A model generated the notes under the pieces. The model was not told the origin of the DNA, did not search any database, and was given only the letters and a program-made list of their open reading frames with translations. Position numbers and translations under genes: made by a program. A DNA stretch of 63,049 nucleotides, counting the filler, from Atractiella rhizophila (Eukaryota), in assembly GCA_021432655.1 (NCBI GenBank). It is 4 parts of 4 records of this genome, joined end to end, with 100 filler letters (N's around TTAATTAATTAA, not from the genome) between each part and the next. Parts side by side here need not be neighbours in the genome. Positions count along the whole stretch, not along the records: positions 27,950 to 55,696 come from MU271742.1; positions 55,797 to 61,475 come from MU271821.1; positions 61,576 to 63,049 come from MU271855.1; 1 more part is not named here. The stretch is one strand, 5' to 3'. Positions 51,331-63,049 of the stretch are shown piece by piece. Each line of letters opens with the position of its first letter. Within the stretch, counting starts at the first letter, position 1.

Positions 51331-52692
51331 ATGCAAATCTCTCTCTTTTTTACTGTCATTTCATCCATTCTCTTCAGTCTTCCACTTGTCCAAGCTGCTG
51401 GTAAACGAGGAGCGTGCTGGGCTTGGTGTCAGCTTTCCTTCAACTTCCGTGAAGATGAGCTGAGAGTGAGCACGCACACACAGACAACGGGAGCTTGAAT
51501 CCTGGCAAACTCCACAAGAACAAAGTCTCCTACATTTATGTTTGTCGTCTCGAGTGGCCTCTATTTTGCTTCGCTGAAGCTAGGTGTAGGACTATGAGAC
51601 ATATCAACCTCCGTCGACGAACGGAGCAGGAGGTAAGCTCTCTCCTTCTCGAAGAGGCAGTTTAAGAACGATCGTAACAAGGTCTGGAATTTATCGGCAT
51701 GCAGCGATGCTTGGATTGCGATTCTAGCCCGATTGGACAATTGAAGGCTCGCTTGAATGATCAGAAGTGGAAGAGTACGTCGCACCATCCTCCCCTCCTC
51801 GACATTCACTGACGATGCTTTCCGAAAGAACTTTTCACTCTGAACGAGCCCGACATTAACGGTATCAGTCCAGCCAGCGCCGCGACGTGGTACAAGAAGA
51901 ACATTACTCCTTTGGTCCGTCACGTTCTGACAAATCCGTTTTACGACTGATTGAGTGATGCAGAAAGTGGCAAAGGCCTTCCCTGCTGTCACCAATTCTA
52001 ATGCAGCTGGCCAAGGACTGAACTGGCTGCGTCAATTCATCAGCGCGTGCAATGGAAAGTGTCCTGCGAAGTGGATCAATCTCGTGCGTAGTCACTCTGT
52101 CTAGCGCAAACCGTATCCCTCCATCTTAACAATGAGTTGTAGCATTGGTACGGTGCAAATTTGAATGACTTCAAGGCGCACGTCCAGAACGCGCACAAAC
52201 AGTTCCCGGTACGATTTTGCTCATCATTTCTCAGCAATCTAAAGCATACGCCTTACAAATCCCTTTGTAGAGCTACAAAATCGCTATCACCGAATTTGCC
52301 CTGAACAAACCTGCTGGTGGTCAACAGGCTCAGTGGGTGTCATGTCTGTCAGACCATAACCACCTGAAGTCGCTGTGACAGGATTAATTTCTACACGAAG
52401 GCATTTGCATGGCTCGATAGTCAGGCTTATGTTGAAATGTAAGTCGTCTAGCGATTTCCAAAGGGGAACAACGGGTGACCAGGACGATCAGGTACTTTCC
52501 GTTCATTGCCACCACTCCAAACCTGTTGAAGGCCAACGATGCCAACGCCGCCAATAACGTCGTCGGCACAGGGTCATGCCTGTACAACAACGATGGTACG
52601 GTTTTATCCGCTCTTTTCATTTTTGAAGAGGTGAAATTGATCGCGTTACAGGTACCCTCTCCAAGGTTGGACAGCTCTTTACAAAAGCCTGA
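51331..52692 (+). CDS. Secreted GH128 (Asl1-like) beta-1,3-glucanase
   Basis: Signal peptide then GKRG; NEPD acid/base motif, GLNWLRQFISAC, HWYG, ITEFAL nucleophile motif, WLDSQAYVE. Confidence 0.85.
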
Positions 52693-53230
52693 AGTCCGCA
52701 ATGTATCATTTCGAACTTGGATATTACATTACGATCTCAGAGTCGTGTAATAAAACTGCCTCTCATGTCCAAAGCAGTCATCAAAACATTTCTCGGGCAC
52801 AGATTAATACGAACTAGCAAACCTATCAAAACGCCAGCTCGGTTCGAGGCCGTGCAGTTCTTGTCAGGCAATTTGCTCTCCTGTATTTTCAGGCTTTTAA
52901 TCAATTCCGTCTCTCGTGAAGACTGTGTTCCCAAGTGATGGCACAGCAATGAGCTCAAACTTTAGCGCAGCGCAAGGAGCATTCAAAATTCAAAGCGTGC
53001 TGAATGACTTGCTGTTGGTTGGCGGGTTCTGTACACTCTTATCCCAAGAAAGTTTGTAGACCAGCAGCTCAACAACTGTGGATCAACGTCGTGTCAGCCT
53101 CCTTCTTGAGAGATGAACGTCTCTGCAATGCAATGGAAGGAAAATATATTTGTCTATAGTCTCTGATTCAAGATAAGTTGACTCAAGTCGACGCACTGAT
53201 GTTCTGTTTGAGTTGTGTTGCCAGAAATCT

Positions 53231-55696
<2,466 letters not shown>

Positions 55697-55796
55697 NNNN
55701 NNNNNNNNNNNNNNNNNNNNNNNNNNNNNNNNNNNNNNNNTTAATTAATTAANNNNNNNNNNNNNNNNNNNNNNNNNNNNNNNNNNNNNNNNNNNN
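55697..55796. other. Assembly gap with TTAATTAATTAA linker
   Basis: 100-bp N block with linker at 55741-55752. Confidence 0.95.
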
Positions 55797-56487
55797 AGGG
55801 GCAGCGGCTCCTCCCATCCCGTCCGAAGATTGACAATTTGCACGGAAGGCATGAATGAGATAGGTGCACCAACCATTCTCTGGTTTAGAGCGTGGAAAGT
55901 GGGAAGGGAGGAAGATTGCGAATTTAACCTCGACGGCCCTCAAATTGAGCATGGCTTCTTCTTCAGCTCCCACCAGCTCACATATGACGAGCATGTCTAC
56001 AACACCGGGCGATATTTCTTTTCACATGGGTTGTGTACAAGCAGTTCTGTCTGGGAAGCTGATCATCCAGCATTACGCTCCTTGCAGATGGGAGACAGAT
56101 TGGTTATCGTGGTTAGCTGTGCGCCATTCTTTCAACCTAAAGATAGGTGATGAACTGATGTATGTTCCGTTGCAGCCGTACGTTACCTTTTGGAGAATGC
56201 TCGAGCCCAACTTTGGTGCATGTGAATTGTGAGTTACTAAAACAAGGCAGTTAATTTACAAATTATCGTGTTGCGCATTGCCCCCTGTTTGATGAGTCCC
56301 AGCCTCACAGTCCTGCTTGCGAATTACAGGTCACGCAAAGGCAATGATTTGAGCGCAGTAAACATGCACAAGTGAGTAAATAGGAATTGTGCATTTATTC
56401 AAAGCTATAATCATCAAGTCGTTCATCGTTATACATTTTATGAAATGCGAACTTAGATACTTGCTTCGGGAAAGTCGCGGAGGGTAT

Positions 56488-57827
56488 TTAAAAAGGCCAG
56501 TTCCCCATTGTTCCCTCTCCTCCATCTCCTCCTCTCTGAGCACTCTGCAAAAGGATCCTCAGCGCCTCATCCGGATTCATACCCAATCCACCTCCACCAA
56601 GCATCCCACCCATCGCTCCCATACCACCTGCGTCTGGATACGATGACCTCCGCTCATGAACCGGATGATGTGGGTTTGCATATCCGTTCCCCCCAGCTAT
56701 TGGACTTTGGATGGGGAATCCAGCGGAGACCGGAGAGAGCGAGAAAGGTGATGTTGACCCGTTGCCTGCTCGTGCAGACGCGTGGTTGGAGGTCGACGGG
56801 GACGTGACGATCGATAGTCGAGGAGTGGGCTTTGCTAGTCCCCTTGAGCCGGAGGAGGATGCTTGAGGTGGTTGTGGAGCTCGATCTTCTTCGTCAGCGT
56901 CGCCGTCTGTGCTCTTTCGCTTTCTCTTCGTCGTTTTGATTGCAGGCTTCGCCCTATACACAAGAAATGTGGTCAATATCCTGCCTTTTTGAAGGAGGAA
57001 AGACACACTTGTCGCCTTCTCTCTGAAGGGTTGCTAATAACCTCAAAGGATGTTCCCGATGCCTCGAGTTGCATGTGGCGAGATGTTCTCTCACGACAGA
57101 TGGTCTTTTGAAGACGTCCTGAGACAATGTGCCGAGGAAGGAGAATCCACAACTGCACTTCTTAATGCCTAAAGCTTGCCCACGGATCCACTCGTTTCTG
57201 CAATTCATACATCCAACATGGCGTCATTAGGGGAAATTGGGGAACCAAAGGATAGACGAACCCAGGTCCCTTTCCCGTAAACGGCCACACTTCCTCGCCG
57301 CTCCCCTTCTCAAAAACTCTCCAATAGCTTCCAGCACTGAGCCTAATCTCCATCAATCCCTCCCTCAGGCCTCCAGCAGTCATCAGCTCCGAAGCAGACG
57401 ATCCAGCAACGGGGGCACCATTCGAGGTATCCCAATAGAAAATCAGTGGCTCAGTAGACGGGAGGACATCGAGGTGTGGGGGCGCCTTTGGGGGTGGTAC
57501 TACCGGCAGTGAAGGTTTTTTCTTCTTCGATAACCCTGCTGGTCCTGCAGAGACCGGTTTGGAGCTGAGCGGCGCCGGAGCAGTGCTGGAGATGGTGCTG
57601 GACGAGGAGGAATGATGGTTAAACATGGAGTCATTCCCTCCCATTCCTGGAGAGGGACCACCCAGTCCTCCAACCAAACCCATTAGCGAAGCGCTTCCGG
57701 CGCCAGGAGAGAGGTGTGAGGGAGAACAAGATCGTGCCCTTTGATCCGCAGTGCTGCTTGATCGCCAAGGGGTGAGAAAGCTCGATTGAGTTGGACCGGA
57801 CGGTGGAACGGAACTTGTGCCCGCCAT
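56488..57827 (-). CDS. Hypothetical nuclear protein (Ser/Pro/Gly-rich, Cys/His motif, NLS-like KRKRK)
   Basis: Three-exon model in compatible phases: MAGTSSVPP...GKGPG|NEWIRG...KKCSCGF...REHLATC...|AKPAIKTTKRKRKS...NWPF. Confidence 0.6.
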
Positions 57828-58869
57828 TGAAGAGAGAGGGGAAAGGTCTTGATAGAGGGAAGGCAGGAAAGACTCGTTCCTTATGCGCGTTGCCGTCTTC
57901 CGTATAAGGACGGGCGGTTTGGTACTTGAACCTCGAAAATACTCGACCCTCGTCCACTCCAACGATAAAGTCTCACTCCTTCAGCACTCTTCTCACCCCT
58001 GGAACTACCACTTAGTTCCTGTATTGGTCTTCGGGTCCTCCACGCACAAACAGAGGTAAGGAGTCGATCTAAATAATTACCTAAAAGAGTTCGTCGCGTT
58101 AGGGGTGAACTTGTTCCTAGAGGAATGCGACCTAGATGTCCTNNNNNNNNNNNNNNNNNNNNNNNNNATCGTAGTATTTAGCGTCCGCTATCAATTGACA
58201 ATGCTTCCAGCACATCCGATTCATGTCGCGACAACAGTCTCGATCGGGCTTCAACTCGTCCCTCTTGACAGCCATGAAGTCGGGTTTGTTTTCGGACTGG
58301 CTTCCATCATACTCTTTAGGATCGGCATGTTTATGCACATCCCAGAACTCCAATTCCGTATTTTTCAACAGGTAATTCAGGAACTCGGTCTAAGCACCCT
58401 ACCCATAAAAATTTGGCCCCTTTCTGCAAAGGTACTCACAATAAGTGAGTGCCACTCAGTTCCAGTCTGAACCTCATCTTCTTTCCCTGTCCCTACCACC
58501 TTGTCCTGCCATTTCCCCAACTCCGTCATCTCAGGTTCGAGATTAACTGTTTTAGAGAGAGGGAAAATTCCTCGAGGAAATCATTTGCCGTCGTCCAGTC
58601 GAAATGGCTCCGTGTTCCCAAGTCTGACAAGTGCTCATCGGTCGTCAATTTCGTTCTTCTCTTCTCTGTTGTGTCCAGACGTAGTCAATCTGCTCGGCAT
58701 TGTCTCGCAAATAACGCGTTTCGTAGCTTGTTGTTGGTCGTGTTGGCACCCTGTTGTTTGTTCTTAAGCGGGAAGCGACCACTATTTCAAATTTTCATGT
58801 TCCGCTCTAATACTCATTCATTCCTTCATGATTGTTCGTGGATTAATCATTATTTCTTTACCAAGACCA

Positions 58870-60680
58870 TTATGACGACGACGCCACGACCTTTACCCTC
58901 CTGGCCACACTCCAACTCCTATTCTCGACGCCTCTCAAGTTCCATCCACTGAGCTCAGGCTGTTTCGTTCCCGTTTCTTCCTCTATCCCACCAATTAACA
59001 TCATATAAGCAACTCAATCAGCACGTTCATCCGTTCGAAGGTGCAGATTATGAAGGCCACTCACCGGCGCGACAAACAAAACTGAGCTCCTTGCCCACTT
59101 CCTCTTGCTCTAATTCCAATTCCACAAACCAACGCTTCCACGCCCATCTCTCTTTCCCATCATCCATAAACTTTGCTTCTTTCCACCTCTTTACCGCCAT
59201 CTTCTTCGAAGGCGACAGATGCCCGTTCCCGTCTTCGTTCGTCAGGTCCGATGGATGGTCTTGGGACACAATGCCTACTTCGACCTTTGAAATCTCGAAT
59301 CCAGAACCCGTGACTGCGTAACCTTGAAGGGTGATCGTTGGAGTGGAGGAGAGGGAGGATACGGTGACCTGGGAAGAGGGTGAGGGAGAACAGATGACGG
59401 ATTGTAAGCCGAATTGAGTGAGCGGTTCGATCTTTTTCATTCACCTTTCCATCAGCGCGGACTGCACAGGTGTGGGAGGGAGGTACCTTTTTCATCCATT
59501 CCTGCTTCTCCGCCTTATTTTCCCCGTTCACGAAGGAAGGCACAATCTTGTAATCCTTCGCCATATAAAAGTTTTCCGAACACTTCTCCACGATTTCGAT
59601 GCTTTCCAACCACTTGACCTACACCAATCCCAATCCAACATGAATTTCGGAAATGAAACCTGAGGGCTTCATGCAAGAGACGTACCCATCTCGCTCCGAT
59701 GTATCCAGGGATGACCAACCTCACTGGTCCTCCGCGATCGACGGCAAGTGGTTTACCATTCATCCCAGTGCAGAGAAGGATAGGTCGGGAAAGATCCATG
59801 GCAACTGACAATGGGACGGATGATTCGTATGTTGCGTCATCTGTCATGGCATCAGCTACACGTTTTCAATTTCGACAAGAGGGGCTGCATACCTTGACAA
59901 GGAAGAGAGCAGCGAAAGAGCACATGGACATTCGACAGCACCGGGATGCAGTTGTAACACGCTGGGATGCCCAAGGCGAGAAGAGCGCTTCTCAACGTCA
60001 CACCTTTCCAATCGGGAACATTTCTCATCAATCACTTCAAGGAAAGGTGGGTAATAAGGGTGAGGACCTACCTTGCCATCGAGCGTTAGCGACAACGCAA
60101 TTTCCCCATCCCAAACCTTCCGTCTTCCTCCTTTCGCTCATCTCGTCTCTCCTATTCCCAGCACACTGCAACACTGCTACCACATCTTCTTCTTGCAAAT
60201 TGCTTTCTCCCCATCTCAGCCTCTTAATCTCTCCCATAGTCAACCTTCGTCCTTCCCCGGCCCCCGATTCCGAAGTCAAACGCTCGAGGTTGGGCTCGCT
60301 CGAAAATTTGTCGAGGAGGGAAGGAGCGACGGAGAAAGAGAGCGCGTGATGCTCGTAGCAGTGAGAAGCGAAAGCGGAATGGTTCCTCCTGAAGGACTAT
60401 ACCCCACAGTCACAGCCATATCAACATCGTCAGTCTGAGAAACCAAATAGAATGATTGGAAATGGAAGCGGAATTGGAGGGTAAGGAAGATCCGCACCAG
60501 AGACTCTGGAGTGATGAAATGTTTGATGAACTCTTCTCCATTCGCTGGCTCCGCGTTCAGAGGCTCTTCAGTCTTGATTTTAAGACCGCTCATGTCGAAT
60601 TCAGGACTTTTGATCTTGATAGAAAGGTCCTGCATCTTCTGTGAGATACACGTTGATGTAGTCGTTGCCGTCCTGCTCAT
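58870..60680 (-). CDS. Sulfite-oxidase-family molybdopterin oxidoreductase without heme domain
   Basis: [17 protein letters not shown] (Mo-ligand Cys), [30 protein letters not shown], dimerisation-domain WAWKRW and WNLRGV. Confidence 0.88.
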
Positions 60681-61475
60681 TTCAGCGAAGATAGTGAGTT
60701 AAATTCGAGAAGATCTGTAAAAACGTTGGAAGTAGATCCAAAAGTGAAAGAAGGGGAGATGGTCGTTAAGAGTGCATCTGCGAGGTGGGAGAGGGCGAAC
60801 TGCGATGGGAAACCGCGCTCGGCACCGTTCCCGGCGGGCAAGGACGCATTGGTACCTTCTTCAACTGCTCTCTACGTCCATCCTGCTGCAGCTGCCCGTG
60901 AGCGCCTCTCTGGGTAGCTCAGACTGGTTGGAAAACGCGATCGAGACACGGGAGAGAGATAACAAGACGCGTTGAGGCGCGTGGGAAGACGCCATCGACC
61001 GATAACTGTGGCCGTAAGTCATGTAGCCGTAAGTTTAGCGGACACTCTCGGACCGAGAACCTTTTGACTAAATTTTAATCTTCCAATGGCAGACCCTTTG
61101 GGCGAGTCTGGATTGGAGGATGATCCTTGCCGTTTGGCATGTTACTGTTAAGTGCTTTAATAAGAATATGTGTTTTACAATTGCCAGCCGTATCTAAAGC
61201 CCAGCCTTCTGCAGGAATCCAGAAATGAAAGCGCAGAGGACCATAGTACATCAGTGACCAGTCTCTTCCTTCCCATCTCCTATTTTCCGCATCCGATGCA
61301 GTAGCACAATCTCGTTTCTGCGCGGGAAAAGCAATTCAGGCGGTCGTAAATATCTTCGAATAAATCACGAAGAAAAATAGATGAAGAAAACATACTGATT
61401 GCCCTCCCAGCCTCTCGCCCTCTCTCTTGCCTCGGCCAAATTCTTACTTGCCTCATTATGCCTCTTCTGTAACGC

Positions 61476-61575
61476 NNNNNNNNNNNNNNNNNNNNNNNNN
61501 NNNNNNNNNNNNNNNNNNNTTAATTAATTAANNNNNNNNNNNNNNNNNNNNNNNNNNNNNNNNNNNNNNNNNNNN
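61476..61575. other. Assembly gap with TTAATTAATTAA linker
   Basis: 100-bp N block with linker at 61520-61531. Confidence 0.95.
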
Positions 61576-62897
61576 CTGGGAGAAATCGAAGATCAGGCGT
61601 CAGCCGTGCCTCCTATCTCTGGAATCATACACTTCGCTGGTTACGGCACTTCCTGCAATGCGGATATGACTAACTGCATTGACGTCGGCGCCAATGCTAC
61701 CCAAGCTTTGCTAAACGCCATGGAATCCGCCGAGAGGCTACCATGGCTGCTGATTTCTTCTCATGTGGATCCTGTTCAGGTACCTTTGCTGTTCTCTCGC
61801 CTGAACTGACATGCTAATCCTGTTACAAGACTGAGGGTCTTACGCAGCTACCTATCCAACTCGTTCGCAACTTCGCGTCCTCGTTCGCACTCCACAGCAT
61901 CGATTTAACACTCCCTCCTCTCTCAAACCTTTTCGGCGACGTTTTCTCCCCCCATTGGTCGCCTGTCACCGACATCATGCATAAAGCTCTAGCCGATGCA
62001 CCAATACATTTCGAAACTACCTCCGTCGACGGGTCGGGCTTTATGTCTTACACTGCGGTGGCGAGCACAGTCGCGGATGCAGTAGACATGCTGGACGCGG
62101 CAGGGGAAGCAGATTATGTGAGACAAATGGCATTTGTGAGCGATGTGGAAGTGTCACCGTTACAAGAGGAAGAGGCAGATGGAAAGATGGGCATCGAGGG
62201 GATCGCATTGAGAATTGTGCACTTGACGAAGTCGGACTCGCCAATGCAGATAATGAGAGATAGGCGTCCTCTTCTTCCATCCAGGTCGCGAAAAACTTTG
62301 TCTCGGACTTTGCAACAACAACTTGGTTCTGCGCCGACGATGCCACTTCACCTGGAACTCAAGGGTTCCTTGTCCGAAATTCTCGCACAGCAGGCTGACT
62401 ATTTATCCTCTTCCCTCAGTGAACAGTGCGGTGCACCACCTTCTGTTGAGGATTTAGAAGAAGGACTGCTCAATCTTGATCGATGTCAAATTCAACTTCT
62501 TACGGTTTTAGAAGGTACAATATATGGACTTGGATGCCCTTCTGGTTCGCAACGCGCCTTCGCTGTTCAATCTGCAGTACCTTTGGCGAACTCGGATCAT
62601 CTCTCGTCCGTGCAATTTGAGGCTGAACGAGATGATGAAGGAAGGATTGTGATCCACCTTTCATGTCCAAGAGAAAAAGGCAACGGATTCGACAACCTTG
62701 TTTATGAAGAAGAAACTATGTCTTTCCTACTCAATTCGCAAGCTGCAGGAAAGAGGGTCACGAGAACTTTTTATGCCAAGTTCGTACATCGGGTAAGATT
62801 ACAGTACATGGTGAATTCTAGCTCAATCGGCAGAGCAGGAGTCTCGTACTTTCACCATCTCTCTCGATCCGGAAGATACACATCCTTCGGTGACTAA
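61576..62897 (+). CDS. Partial protein, possibly with a degenerate NAD-dependent epimerase/dehydratase-like region
   Basis: GIIHFAG...C...CIDVGANATQALLNAM...WLLISS resembles extended-SDR segments; a long ORF follows; both ends incomplete. Confidence 0.45.
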
Positions 62898-63049
62898 GGG
62901 GCCATCGTTACGCCATCTCATCTTCAATCGCGTCGACGAAACAGCAGACGATCCATCTCATTCCCTAGAAACCGTCTTTGAAACGAAAGATGGCTCTGTA
63001 CAGACTTGCTGTTGTTTATCCTAAGCGGAACTTGTTCTAACCCCTCGGA

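Noticed and set aside
58132..58830. Fragment NKLRNALFARQCR resembling a bZIP basic region
   Set aside because: Followed immediately by stops, with no leucine zipper and a nearby N gap; cannot be supported.

Overview
Intron-rich fungal genomic DNA with short GT-AG introns, CTAAC/CTGAC branch points and many micro-exons. The gene repertoire looks basidiomycete; the species cannot be determined from the sequence. Three 100-bp gaps carrying an artificial TTAATTAATTAA linker (27850-27949, 55697-55796, 61476-61575) and one 25-N gap break the window, so adjacency across them is unproven. About 22 protein-coding loci are recognisable: an F-box protein, an enoyl-reductase-like MDR, two inverted copies of a Cys/Met PLP lyase, NAR1, an SCT1-type GPAT, a Pmp3-domain protein, an S26 peptidase, a divergent septin, ALDH, three SDR paralogues, SOD2, an expansin-like protein, a GH128, an ABCC transporter and a heme-less sulfite oxidase. 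Four observations stand out. (1) A PAPS/UAA transporter is spliced in frame to a TM anchor plus sulfotransferase domain and is bracketed by the inverted lyase pair, of which only one copy keeps a PTS1. (2) The GPAT has two duplicated, same-phase alternative first exons that each carry the catalytic HxxxxD motif. (3) A 24-bp-TIR MITE lies in the divergent promoter region. (4) A C/D-box-like structured RNA sits in a GPAT intron. All exon models were built by eye and need transcript confirmation.
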